From Zancudomyces culisetae HAW-14-8 (Eukaryota; Fungi; Kickxellomycota), in contig JBNJNM010000013.1 of NCBI GenBank assembly GCA_052426225.1, positions 434,001 through 498,000 of the forward strand: a DNA stretch of 64,000 nucleotides. Direction: 5' to 3'. The translations under genes were made by a program, and so were the position numbers. Below, one piece after another: positions 12,580 through 24,685 of the stretch. Position 1 is the stretch's first letter, and the number at the start of each line of letters is the position of its first letter. Under the pieces are notes generated by a model. It was given only the letters and a program-made list of their open reading frames with translations. It did not search any database and was not told the DNA's origin.

Positions 12580-15500
12580 TTAGTCCTTTCTTTGAAGATT
12601 TTTTTTGCATTGTTGGAAAGCTGGCAAAAGCAATTTAGCAATATATTATCTGTTAAATTACTAGTTGTATATATGAAGCTATGGTGAAAAGATCTAAAGC
12701 TTTTTTTCATGCTTGAATGTTACTGGATAGAGGTAATTTTGGCATATTTGTTATTTTATGGTATGATCTGAGGGATTTCCGGTCAAACTGATAGATCCTA
12801 ACCCATGAACGAAGGGAAGGTTCAGCTAGAACAAGTAAATAAATTGGTAAAATTTGTATATAGGCTTTAAAAGAAGCAACACAAGTTGTGCTAGTGCGTT
12901 CTGAGAAGTGTTTGAGAAATTAAATCTATTTGCAATTATATGGCGGTTTTTTGTTCCTTTTCAAAAAGTATTTTTCTGAGCAAGTGAAGAGGTAGGATGG
13001 TATGGGCAATATGAGTAAAGGCTTGTAATGAGCTGAGAGTTTTTTATGGAATAATGCCGCGTTAACACCATTTGCCGAACTTAAAGAGTGAAAGAGTGAA
13101 ACGGGCGTATTTGTATTTGCACTATAAATAGCACCAAGAGAGTTTGTGAGATATGCGATTTACAAGAAATGATCGGATTCAATTACTCCTTTATGTTTTC
13201 TGGAATTTCTGCTTTATGGGAGAACGGCTGAAGTTTTGTCAAAAGTATTGTGTAAGTGCGAAAGCTTGGTAGTGTATGCCATTGGAATAGATTCAAAGTA
13301 CACAGACAATATGTTTCAGGTCGTTAGTATCATTTCCTGGGTGTCTCCATTTTAGTACATACGCTTATTGGTATTTTTGCATTTTTTGTCTACACATTAT
13401 AGTACCAAATTTATATTAAAGTTGAAAAGAATGTTTCTTGGTCATGGACTTCAAAAACACGAGAATCTAAACGAGTAAATTGGGAGAGCAAAGTACTTTA
13501 CTACGAAAAAAGAAACAGCTGCCTTTGCTGCTTACAAACTAAAAAGTTATACTTCTCGGAAAAAATTTTTCTCCGATATTTCCTCATTTAATTTAAAGTG
13601 TTATCTGAGCAATATATGTAATAAAAGAGTAGGGCTTCATCCTAGATTTTGATTAAATCAACACATAACAGTTTGCGTTTTTAAGACATAAACTAGGTAT
13701 TTCTAATTAGTAACGAAAGTAAATTGAGATGTTTTATAATTGTTAGAGGTATTGAAGCCTATTAGAGAGGTGTGAGTGGTATGAATCTAATGAGACAAGT
13801 GGATATATTTTTTAATAAACGCTTTTAACACAACTTTTAGTAATGTGGAATATTTTGTCATACTTTGACTGAACATTCAAGCGAAAGGAAATATGCGAAT
13901 TTGTTTACCTTTGGCTGACTCTTATTTGGATTTATAAATTTTGTTGACAGCTTCTATTTATAGAATATTGTCCGTCAAATGGTATTACTATTTTCGATAT
14001 TGTATCTTGTAACTCAGTTGTAAAGCCGATCAACTCAAAATTGAAGTTGCTATTTCAGTTTTTGAAAATTAAAAATAACGAAATGGGTATTATAGACGCT
14101 TTTTTGCCATTCACCGCCATGCAGATAAATTAATCTTATTTGTCGCAGAGTAAGTGCTAGGGTATATACCATCTATCACATAACCCGCACGTATGTTTTC
14201 TACGTGTAGGAAGCCGATTGTCCTGATCTAGCAACCAAAAAGCATCTAATTTTTTTTAAATCCTCTTTTGGTTATTAAAATAGCATCTAAATTTGAATAA
14301 AATATGTGGCTATTGCTTGCAAACATTGGAGTGTTATAGCTCACACTTGTGCAGTACAGGTCGTGTTTATGCTCATTTGATTGTATTCGCCAGATATAAT
14401 TACTGAAATATAAACAAAAGTGTGATAATACTAAACTAAAAAGTATAATTTTACTGAACCTTCACGTACCCCGTCAGCTTTAATTTTCCCAGCACATAAG
14501 GAAGAAAGATCTAACTTAGATCCATTTAACTAAAAAAATTCAATAAACTGTCAGTGCTGCATTACTATTACCTCTAAGTGGGGAAATTTATAAGCCCATT
14601 GCCTTGTACCGTGATATGATACACCACCAATCTTCATAGCATGCACTGCAAGGAAAGTCTATGTGAAATTTATTACCTGCAGGTGTGCCTAAATTTGAAG
14701 GTTATGTTTCAAGGTGGTGCTGATTGCTAACCATAATAACTATATTTTGTGTTTACTGTTTTTTATTATATAAATGCTTCTATTTTTAAATATTTATAAT
14801 AATAGCATTACGTAAATTAATATTGTTTTGCTTACATATGAATATCCAAACTAAAATATATTTTTTTGTTTACTAAATTTATAAATTAAATATCACATAA
14901 TACTACAAATAATTCAAATGATAGGGCCTATTATTAACTCTTAAGCTTTGCTGAATAGGTAAAGAAAAGGTAAAAAATAATTGCTTGCCTAATAGCGCGT
15001 ATAGCAAAATCAGTGTGTGGACTCAAAATGTCCATGTGATTCCCAACAAATTAATTCCAAAATGGAACAAAACAATTCCCGTTCTCCAATGTAAATTTGA
15101 AGCTTTGTCGGCTTTTTCTTATGTTGATTAGTAACACGTATTTATTATGGGGGAGAGAATAAATAGCTAGCCAGGATCGCTGGTAAGTCTGAAATACGCT
15201 AGGAAAAATGTCTAATTTATGGTACTAGAAGCCTGCAACTTTTGCTGAAACTAGAAACACTACCCTCGTGCCCACAATGCTAGCTACCCTCTAAAAATAA
15301 TAGCAGAATTAACACAAGTGATTAATTTTCTATTTTTTGCTGTGTATTTATGTAATATTTAGCTAGTCTTGTCAAATTGATGTTATATATTTGTTAGCCA
15401 TTTAGAGTTCAAAGGGCAACAACTTCCCATCATATTATTATCTTTTTTTAAAAAAAATGAAAAACTTTGATAAATAATCTACTTGTAGAAAATTTTGACA

Positions 15501-15943
15501 ATATCATCCAGTTCTTACACAACTGCAGTATATATCATTCCGCAAGATTATTAACCTTTTTTATTAATAAAACCCCATACTGTTAACTGAGTACCACTTA
15601 AACAACAACACACAGCACCAATAGTGTAGCATTAAAATAAAAAGACTAAAAAGCACTGGTACTGCACAAATATATCTGAAGCGGTTACATATACAACTTA
15701 TATGCGCGAGTATAAGCGAGTAAAGTTTCAATAAACTATCGAAAATATAGACAACTGAGACACGAAGTCGGTAACTGGGGCATAAAACGAAACGAGATCC
15801 TATTCACATACCAGTACTTCAACATCAAAAACCGATATTTATCCCTTTTCTCAACTCTTTTAAAGTGAAAACAGATTCATAGATATTGAATATTTGTAAG
15901 GTCAACTAAAAGGCAATACTAAAATACAATCGACAGAAGAAGG

Positions 15944-17866
15944 ATGGCTCTGTGTGCGATTTTCAGAAAGAAAGCCTCATCCAGAGAAAAAAAAACCCCA
16001 GACAGAAATATTGTAATTACTAGCCAGTATGGTATATCATACGAACGTTACAGCCTAATAAGTGAAAAAAGCATACCTTCATATATTCAACACCCTAATG
16101 CATCGCATATTGCCTCTGGAAAACGCAATTCAGAAAGAATCCCACTGAAGGACTTGCTAGAAGCCCCAGACAAAGGCTTTATGGCATCTCTTGAGGAGCA
16201 GCTGATAAGTAATGACGCAGTAGAAGTTTATAGAACGCTGTATGAAAATGTTGCTACATCTGCAGACCGAGAAGGGAAACAACATATTGCCAAAGAATGC
16301 TCAGAGGAAAATACTAAGGATAACAAAGTAAACAGAAAAGAGATATCAAAAACTGTAAACAACGTGCGCACCAAACTATCAAGAACAGCAACAAGTAAGA
16401 GCGGAGGCTCTAATGTCTTTACATTTAAGGTCGAGGGTCCCTTTATAAACCCTTCGGCGGGATCATATGGAAAGCCAAAGGCATCAGAGTCCGGAAAGCA
16501 TCTTGCAAACTATGTGTTTCTCTCGGGTAGTACTGCCAGCCCTTATAGCAGAAAAACAGTTGAACCTGTTTTAGAAGATGATGAATACGGACCTCATGGT
16601 AAAAACAGTCTTTATCAAGCACAATTTAACACCCAAAGACCAAAAAACCAATCGAGGTTTGAGGTAGGCGAAAATAATTTCGATAGCTCTACTGCGAACA
16701 GGTACGGATCAACAACTACATTACTTCCAAACATTCAAGGTGCTGATACTAACTCTATACAGGACAAAATGGTGTATATTAGCGACGACAACGATGATGA
16801 AAGTATGTCGCACAAAAATTCTGGTGTGTCCCACGTTGAAAACGAAGAAAACAATATTAACAACACATTACCAACCGATCGAGGTCGTAATTCTCCCCAA
16901 GGTGTATTTAAGATGAGTAAAAATATTGGCCTTCACAATCTATCTTCCATGGAATCAGTTGTTGAGGAGCATGTCGCTATGAGTTCAAGCACAACTGAAA
17001 AAAACTTTAGTGACTCTTCATCGATTAAAACCTCTGGATCCAGCGTATACGAGGTTAATCAAGGGGAATATATGGTATCAAGCAATGATGTTCCTCCTCT
17101 ATACAAAAATAATGTTATGGGTACCCATCATAAGGGAGCCCAGAGTACTGAGCACAAATTGGAAAACATTAGCCCCTCTAGTCCCAAAAGTGGTGTTAAT
17201 CCAGGCCTTGAATTGATACGAGAAGCCACCAAACAAAGAAAGAATCAGCATCCACATAACCAAGCTAGATCATTTGCAGAAGCCTTGGCTAAGTTTAACA
17301 ACGAAAATGCTCAGCAAAAAACCACCCATATCCCAGCTGGTAATGCTAGCAATAAGAGTGCATCAAAGTCCATTCCAATCAAGAGACTAAGCAAAGATGT
17401 TAAAATCCCAACAGCCGTCACCAGCACTAACACCAGTGTGGTGCTAAATAAAACCGAAAAATCACATCTTGATACCGATTCCAATGTTGAAAGTGGCGTT
17501 GATAAGGAAATCAGTACTGGTGCAAACACTGATGAGTCCCAAGACAAAAATGACAGCAAAGTATACACTACCGAGTGGTCAGTTCATCCACGCAAAGAGG
17601 ATGAGTCCCTTCCCACACCACAACCCAGTGAAAATAACGAATCTGAAAGCTGTATAAACATCGATAAAAATGCACCAAATCCAGATGCAAGCTTTGTACA
17701 GGTAAAACGACGGTTGGGGCTAAACACAAAATCAAGTACAAACATGCAGAGTATTGGAAGTATTGCAAGTATTGGCTCTCCAATAACCCCTAAAGACTCG
17801 AAACTAAGTTCCTTGTACTTCAAGCCTGTAAGAATAAGCTACATAGATACGTCTAGTGGTTGTTAA
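15944..17866 (+). CDS. Hypothetical Ser/Asn/Lys-rich, largely disordered protein (640 aa)
   Basis: Uninterrupted 1.9-kb ORF in AT-rich DNA with a purine-rich leader before the ATG. No recognisable domain. Confidence 0.75.
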   Translation: MALCAIFRKKASSREKKTPDRNIVITSQYGISYERYSLISEKSIPSYIQHPNASHIASGKRNSERIPLKDLLEAPDKGFMASLEEQLISNDAVEVYRTLYENVATSADREGKQHIAKECSEENTKDNKVNRKEISKTVNNVRTKLSRTATSKSGGSNVFTFKVEGPFINPSAGSYGKPKASESGKHLANYVFLSGSTASPYSRKTVEPVLEDDEYGPHGKNSLYQAQFNTQRPKNQSRFEVGENNFDSSTANRYGSTTTLLPNIQGADTNSIQDKMVYISDDNDDESMSHKNSGVSHVENEENNINNTLPTDRGRNSPQGVFKMSKNIGLHNLSSMESVVEEHVAMSSSTTEKNFSDSSSIKTSGSSVYEVNQGEYMVSSNDVPPLYKNNVMGTHHKGAQSTEHKLENISPSSPKSGVNPGLELIREATKQRKNQHPHNQARSFAEALAKFNNENAQQKTTHIPAGNASNKSASKSIPIKRLSKDVKIPTAVTSTNTSVVLNKTEKSHLDTDSNVESGVDKEISTGANTDESQDKNDSKVYTTEWSVHPRKEDESLPTPQPSENNESESCINIDKNAPNPDASFVQVKRRLGLNTKSSTNMQSIGSIASIGSPITPKDSKLSSLYFKPVRISYIDTSSGC

Positions 17867-18187
17867 CTGCACAAAAGGACAAGAAAAAAGCAAAGGGTCA
17901 CACCCATACATTTTTGATGTACGCATTTTAGACACACGTTATTCATTAAATATTCTTCATTATAACATTTCACTATCTCAAATTTCTAAGTACATAACTA
18001 TGTGATTTAGTTTTTATTTTCAATCATTGTTAGTTACTATTAGCTGCAATTATCATCAACCATTTTTTATTTATTTGTTAAATTAGCAAATATAAATGCA
18101 TCTATTAGGAACTGCACTAGGCAAATCATCCTCTCATCAAATCTATTCAAGGTTTTTATTCTACACGAATTACAGAAAGAAAAAGAT

Positions 18188-19717
18188 TTATCGATTCCTA
18201 GAACGATCAAACTTCAGCTTGTTAATCACATTCGACTTTTTAACACCAACTAGGTATTTTTTGCCAAGTCCTAAAGAATGCACAATATCCCTTTTGAGAA
18301 GTTCTAATCCTACAGGGTTTCTAATACTTGTTAGATGAATCTTTTGAATACAGTTTTTTGTGTTTTTGATCGTATCCAACACCAAAAGATAACGCTTGGC
18401 CAATTCCTCCCTCTTTACCAAGTCGCACTTAGTCATGATAAGCTGATACTTGACATTTTTCTCTTCCAGCATGTTTAAAAACTCTTGGTCTTTAATCTTG
18501 ATACCTACAGGTATAATTCCTTTTTTTTTTAATTTCATATAAACTTCAAAATGCTATTTTAGAGCTGTGTACCAAGTGGAGGGGAAAGGAAATTGAAAAT
18601 TGAAAATTGAAATATTGAATAGTATAGTTGGCATCAACTCTCAACACTCATAAACGTTGAGCTTACCATGTCTAGCATCTATAAGAACCATTAGCCTTTT
18701 AAGATTTTTCCGCTTGTCGATATAGGATTCAATCTACAAAATTATTTCGTATGTAAAGTGCAAACAGTTAATATACGTTCCTGTTAGCTTTTGCCCAACA
18801 CTAGTCCAGTTCCCACAATTTTTTGTCTCCCGTATAATTAGGTATATCACAAGTATAGTCTAAAGTAATGCAAAGTAGTCTAACTATTAAAAAAAGTGAT
18901 ACTACAAACTTACCAAACTTAACCACTGGCTTTTGGTTTCCTGGGTCGTGTGAGCAAAGCCATACCCAGGCATGTCAACAAAATAAAATTCCCTCCCGCA
19001 ATTGTAAAAATTAAGCTGCTGGGTTTCTCCGGGAGTGTCTGAAACCCTGGCAATTGAGGTATTACCTATCTTGTTTATCAACGACGATTTTCCAACATTC
19101 GACCTCCCAATAAATGCGATTTCCGGTAAGGTTGAAGATCCATTGGAAGAAGGCTTAGGCTTTGCATCATTAATACCATTATCCTTCGTTTTTTTCCTGT
19201 CGATGCTATCAGATGCTGGAAATGAGGACCAGCTAGTTGCCCCAGCCACAAATTTAAATTTTGGTAACTTTATGGGTTCGATTCGTGCTCTGAATGATTT
19301 CTCATTTTTCTTGCCAGACGTAAAACTAGTGTTTTCTCTCTTCCTTGCAGATAATAATTTAGCTTTTCCAATGTTATTTTGATCGAGATAATCCAAAATG
19401 CTATCACTTGGCTTGAATTTTGAAAATTTCTTTCGATTAGATCCACCTGTATTGTCGACCAAAAGAGAATTGTGCTTTCGAGAACCACTGGTATCAAGAG
19501 AATAAAATCTATATATCGAGTTATTTCTTACGATGTTTCTGTTTTTGTCGGATTTTGTGAATTTACTTTTTGTTTGGCTATTTGAATGTGAAGCAGATTC
19601 AAATTTTGATTTTAAAACTCGGGAGGTAGTGAATATCTCTTGAGGTTTTCTACTTCTTGCTGTACTCAAAAGTCTTTTGTTAAAATGTAGTAGATCTACA
19701 TGTTTATTGCACAACAT
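18188..19717 (-). CDS. EngB/YsxC-family GTPase (MRX8/GTPBP8-like, mitochondrial ribosome associated), 3 exons
   Basis: Exons 19717-18914, 18733-18667 and 18504-18188. G1 PEIAFIGRSNVGKSS, G2 S.TPG.T, G3 DMPGYGF, LIDARHG, G4 TKCD. Basic presequence-like N-terminus. Confidence 0.9.
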
Positions 19718-20449
19718 TGTAGTTCTAGTTGGTCCTGTGTATTCGATTTATTGATTTTTCTAAATATATCATGGTATTATTCGTTATTTGGTTTTTTTTT
19801 TAAACCTTGTCTGAAACATTTGATCTGAAAATTTTGATTTGAAAATGAAAAAAAAATTATTTCGATTTGGGAAAAATCCTGGATGGGCAAAAATAGGCAA
19901 AATAAGTAAAAAAGGACTGAGCGTGTGTGTGAATAAAGATCGATAGCAGTATGAATGTTCTAAAGGTTAATTAGATGGCAACACCGTACCCTCGAACACC
20001 AAAGCTGAAACAAAAATAAGTTCAGGAGAGGTAGTTATCCCAAAAGAAATAAACATTATTACAGCCAAAGGCTCACTAATTATAATGATTCCTTAAAAAG
20101 TATATACTTGGTGCAACAAGGGGCCATAAATAGCAGAATACCAGATAGAAGAATAGCGAAAACTAAACTCAAAAATCAGAAACAACACTAGGGTCCAAAT
20201 TCAACGAGTTTGATGATAATAGGAGAAAAGAGTCGTTAAAGTCAAAGTCATTATTAGTAAAGTCAGTAATTATATTTTTGCATCTATATTTAGCGGTAAA
20301 GTGGAGGGGGGGTTGAGTAGGCTAAGGGAAAGTATTAAGAATCAAAAATAAATTAACAATGAATAAAAAGACTAAATAATCAATGATACACAATTAAGGG
20401 TGGGAAAGTGGGGTGGGGTGGAGTGGAGTGACAATACAAGCATATTGTA

Positions 20450-23400
20450 TTAGACATACTTCTCACCATCACGTATTTCAGTAAGGTTAGTAGCTGAAGA
20501 TATAAATAAAGTCGAAGAAGATGAAGAGGGTGAAAATGGCAGTAATGATGCCGTAGAAAGATTATGCAAATCGGAAGAGACGGGTTGGACTAGTGATGAC
20601 GAAGATGAATCACTACCACTAAATTCTTCAAGATCTTTTTCTCTATCACCATCGTATCCTAAGCACCCGTGGTCTTGGTCGGTTTTGGTAGTTTTTAGCC
20701 TACGGAGGGCCCTACTGTTATGACGACGATAGTACGAGGACCGTATGCGTGATCGTCGCCTGGAAAAGGCAATAAACACGAAAATTGCCAGACAGACAAG
20801 GAGGTGTGTAAAAATGAACATATTTCCAACCGATATTCCATAGCAGTTAAACTCCCAATAATAGGGAACCGAGTTAATTGACTGACCCTGTTCTTTGTAG
20901 TTGTGTCCGTTGGGCATGTGTATCATTTTTGTGGGTAGGTTGTAAAGTTTCAGCGATGCGTTATTCTTTTTGTCGGCCTTTCCTCCACTATTTGTAGACA
21001 GAGGCAACTCAAATCTGACAAACTCGTAGCTGGGTTCAAGTGTATTACTGCCAACATCCACAGAACCAACTTCTAAATTGCTTTTTGCATGTTGATATTT
21101 AGTACTTTCACTTTTTTCAAACGACGTTCCATTTTTACTTATTTTAAACACTCTTGTTAGGGCTTTCTTCAGGTTAATTAGGTCAATGTAGTCTATTTTA
21201 ATCTGCGGATTTACAAGATTTGTATTTTTCAAGTTTCCTGAAAGGTATGCATCAACAAACTCCAAGAACTTGCGCAGCTCGTTATTAATTCCAGAATTAC
21301 CGCGAACATGCCCATTCTCACCTTCATCTCCATTCCACTGCTTGTAATCTCCGTGTGAAAATAGAACGCGGTTTACTCTTTTGACTAGTTCGGTGAGATA
21401 CATCTTTTCAAGTGGTGGTACGATCGCATCGCTGAGAGAAACCTGCGTTATGTTGTGCTTTGGTGTTTCTTCACCTGAACGACCATTTCCGGACAAAGTG
21501 GTCGATGTATTAAGCAGATAGAAATAGTTGGGCTTTCTGTCTACCCCACTCAAGATGGTATCACTCTCAAGATTATTATTTTCTATTAGAATTAGATTGG
21601 GAAGGTTAAAATAGCGACTCGAATCATTGTCATGAAGATTTGAACCGGCGTTAAATGTCGGTAAACTTGAGGGGAGCTTTTCAGTAATCACTCTTCTCAT
21701 TGGTACTTTCATAGCGTTTCTATAGTTGACCATGGGCTTTCCTAGAAAATGAGCTCTTTGCTTCATGGCTGGGGAATCTACCCAAAACAAGCTATCCAAG
21801 TAGTTGTGATAATCTTTCTCGTCGATCGAAACAAAAGAAAGAATCTGATCACCGTTGTTGGATGTCGGAGCTAGACGAATCCCAAAGTGATTAAGACCGG
21901 GCAAAGAATGCTGAACAACAGATTTTGTATCATTTCCATTAATTAGATCGGCGTAAGCAGGTTTGGCGTTAGAGTTAGCTGCCTCGTCTGAGTCGGGCAT
22001 GGCATAAAGCCGATTAAAACTGTTTAAATCAAGTGCATTGTCAACTAGGTTTTTGTTGATGTTTGTAGTGAGTAACTCCAATCTTTTGAAACTTTGAACT
22101 ATCTTTGTCAAATTTCCATAGGCATTATCGTACGAAAATAACGAAAAGTCAGCATTGTCATACCCTCCAATATTCTCCATCATTTTTTGGCGATTGACCA
22201 GCATTACGGTGTATTTACTTTTGCTTAAGAGCGACAATGAATTTTCTTTATCAACTCTGGGAACATACGGCATGGCCTCATTGGTAACCCAGTCTACTAC
22301 ATTTTCAAAATTTGTAATGTCTCCATAATAGTTAAACAGCATTCCATCTCTAAATACTATGAGTTTGGCTCTATATAGTTCCTCGGGTTTGAGCTCTAGC
22401 ACTGAATTTTCATTTACGTTGATTTCGCCATTAAAATACTCTAATTTTTTATCCATCGGCTTGTACATCCTGGATAAAAAGTCATTGTAGCTTTGTTTTC
22501 CCAGATATTTCTCATAGGATTGTCCAAAGTTTTTGCTCCATGGATATTGGTGCGTGCTGATAATCAGTTCTCTAAGAAAAGGCTCGCTGCTGTCGCTATA
22601 CATTAGATAGCTATCCCTAAACATGAACGACTTGATGGCGGCAATCTTAAATATTCGTAAAAAAAGCTCGTTTTTAAGAGATATTTCTTGGGTTTTGTCA
22701 CCTCCTTCAAGAGATGAATCCCAGATAAATAAAAAGAATGGTTTGTTTTTGTTAATGTAATCGAGGAAAGTATGCTCTGAGAGATGGTTCATGTGTGCCT
22801 GTAGACTGTCAAAAATTTCTTTTGAATCATCTTTTTGTAGATCACTTGTCAGTCTGTAATCCCTTGCAAAATTCGCCAAGCAACTAGTTTCCAAACACCC
22901 GTCATATCTCTTTATTGCTCGGCCTCCCCTCCACACTGCTCTGATAATTACCTGGGATAAAACACTATCCTCAACCCCGATATGTCCAGCTCCCAACTTT
23001 CTGCATAGTCTACCGCCACTTGGTGTTTTGCAATCTACCAATCCAACATTTAGCTGGTACCTAAAATCACTTGCTAGATTTTTAAATACTTTTTTCAAGT
23101 GCAGGCATTTACTGCATTCTCCATAGTGGAATCCAATGATAAATGTAGAGTTCATAGTATAGCTCTCATAGTTTTTGTCATTGAGATGTATTACTCTTCC
23201 ATCATCGTTATGAATCGTGTCCTTGGAGTCTTCAAAGAGATCTTTGAGCACCTTTGCTTCTAACAGTTTTTCTTCTAGTGATTTTTTTATACCATAGCTC
23301 AACTTTGATATATCTTCTTTAATTTTTTCGCTGGATACGGATGTGGTTCCAAATAGGCCTCGTTGAAACATGTCATTTTTAACTCTAAAACTTTCTATAA

Positions 23401-24685
23401 ACACCTTTAAAGCATCTACCTTAAGTGTTTCGCTGTCTTTTGTTAAATAAATGTCTGTTAGTTCACCCGATGAAAAAGCTTTGATGGTCGGAAATGTAAC
23501 AATTTCATGAGTTTTACACAAATCTTTGTGTTTATCACAATTAATAATTTTAAACCTTAAATCTGTTCCAAAGAGCTCGATGTCTGACTTTGCATAAATT
23601 TCGTAAAATGAGGATATTAGCTCATCACAACTATGGCATGAAGATTTGTAAAACAATATCATCACTGCAGCATCACCTTCATCTACAAGACTGATGATGC
23701 CATTGTCAGCCTCTGCTTTAAAACTATCAGTATCATCCCCATCAGCTATAGATTGTGTGAATTTTACAAAACCCAGTAATTCTTCGTAGTTTTTCGCGTT
23801 AGTAAGGCTGTTGATTTCGATGCTGTCGTCAAATATCTTTACGGCTGGATGCTCGTCAACATTTAGAGAATGGCATGCCACTTGATTTTTTTCGCAGTTT
23901 ATCTGGTAAAACTTGAAACCATATAGTTTTATATATTTATTCTCAATGAATTCGGTAGCCAATTTTTTAAACAATGGCTCAAAATTCACACTCTCGCGAT
24001 TACCCGGAAAGAGGAAGTTTACTATACATAGTCCAATGTCGCATTCCATAGCAAAGTTCCTAAAAGCAAGGTCGTGGATATATTCCCTGTCATCTACCAA
24101 TTCTGCTCCTGAAACTCCAATCTTCAGGTGGTCTTGCTGACTCCCAGATGAGCTGTTTCCGGCATAATCATCGTTGACTGCCTGTAGAAGTGTACCTGCA
24201 CCTAAAGTCATATTTTTATTGTCACTATGTTGAACCTGAGAAAGAGCCGCAGCAGGTTCATCACCACCATCAAGACTATGTTCAAGCGTTTCTTTAATAA
24301 AGTGTTCAACATCTTTTCTCTCATTAGACACCAGTCTTTGTTTGTATTTTCCATCGAAATACGCATGTATTGCTGGAATGTTTTCCACACTTTGTTCAGT
24401 ACACAATGAGCGTTCTAATGAGCAGTTTATTGAGTGAAGCTGTATTTTTCCTTTATTTATCATATCATTACTCGTGCCGGTTTGCTGATCCAATAACTCC
24501 TTATAGATTGTTTCAAAGCTGCTACATCCGAGACAGTCGTCCTCGTAATAATAAACATGCCATTTCCCAGCCTTTATGAAATCTGTAAAGTCAGGTTGGG
24601 TATATATAGAGCTTTCTGCAAGAGCTCTTATAGAATTGGCAAGAAGCAATGGCGATAGAAACCCGGAAAACTTCATTTTGTACAT
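20450..24685 (-). CDS. Large ER type-I membrane multi-thioredoxin-domain protein (PDI/Eps1-like), paralog A
   Basis: Signal peptide (MKFSGFLSPLLLANSIRA). Four Trx-like repeats with CLGC, a lost motif (PGNRES), CHSC and CSKC, each followed by a [IV][ND]C...C element and mostly a cis-Pro motif (FPTI/HPAV/IPAI). TM helix near the C-terminus followed by a basic stretch. Confidence 0.8.
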   Translation of the reverse strand: MYKMKFSGFLSPLLLANSIRALAESSIYTQPDFTDFIKAGKWHVYYYEDDCLGCSSFETIYKELLDQQTGTSNDMINKGKIQLHSINCSLERSLCTEQSVENIPAIHAYFDGKYKQRLVSNERKDVEHFIKETLEHSLDGGDEPAAALSQVQHSDNKNMTLGAGTLLQAVNDDYAGNSSSGSQQDHLKIGVSGAELVDDREYIHDLAFRNFAMECDIGLCIVNFLFPGNRESVNFEPLFKKLATEFIENKYIKLYGFKFYQINCEKNQVACHSLNVDEHPAVKIFDDSIEINSLTNAKNYEELLGFVKFTQSIADGDDTDSFKAEADNGIISLVDEGDAAVMILFYKSSCHSCDELISSFYEIYAKSDIELFGTDLRFKIINCDKHKDLCKTHEIVTFPTIKAFSSGELTDIYLTKDSETLKVDALKVFIESFRVKNDMFQRGLFGTTSVSSEKIKEDISKLSYGIKKSLEEKLLEAKVLKDLFEDSKDTIHNDDGRVIHLNDKNYESYTMNSTFIIGFHYGECSKCLHLKKVFKNLASDFRYQLNVGLVDCKTPSGGRLCRKLGAGHIGVEDSVLSQVIIRAVWRGGRAIKRYDGCLETSCLANFARDYRLTSDLQKDDSKEIFDSLQAHMNHLSEHTFLDYINKNKPFFLFIWDSSLEGGDKTQEISLKNELFLRIFKIAAIKSFMFRDSYLMYSDSSEPFLRELIISTHQYPWSKNFGQSYEKYLGKQSYNDFLSRMYKPMDKKLEYFNGEINVNENSVLELKPEELYRAKLIVFRDGMLFNYYGDITNFENVVDWVTNEAMPYVPRVDKENSLSLLSKSKYTVMLVNRQKMMENIGGYDNADFSLFSYDNAYGNLTKIVQSFKRLELLTTNINKNLVDNALDLNSFNRLYAMPDSDEAANSNAKPAYADLINGNDTKSVVQHSLPGLNHFGIRLAPTSNNGDQILSFVSIDEKDYHNYLDSLFWVDSPAMKQRAHFLGKPMVNYRNAMKVPMRRVITEKLPSSLPTFNAGSNLHDNDSSRYFNLPNLILIENNNLESDTILSGVDRKPNYFYLLNTSTTLSGNGRSGEETPKHNITQVSLSDAIVPPLEKMYLTELVKRVNRVLFSHGDYKQWNGDEGENGHVRGNSGINNELRKFLEFVDAYLSGNLKNTNLVNPQIKIDYIDLINLKKALTRVFKISKNGTSFEKSESTKYQHAKSNLEVGSVDVGSNTLEPSYEFVRFELPLSTNSGGKADKKNNASLKLYNLPTKMIHMPNGHNYKEQGQSINSVPYYWEFNCYGISVGNMFIFTHLLVCLAIFVFIAFSRRRSRIRSSYYRRHNSRALRRLKTTKTDQDHGCLGYDGDREKDLEEFSGSDSSSSSLVQPVSSDLHNLSTASLLPFSPSSSSSTLFISSATNLTEIRDGEKYV

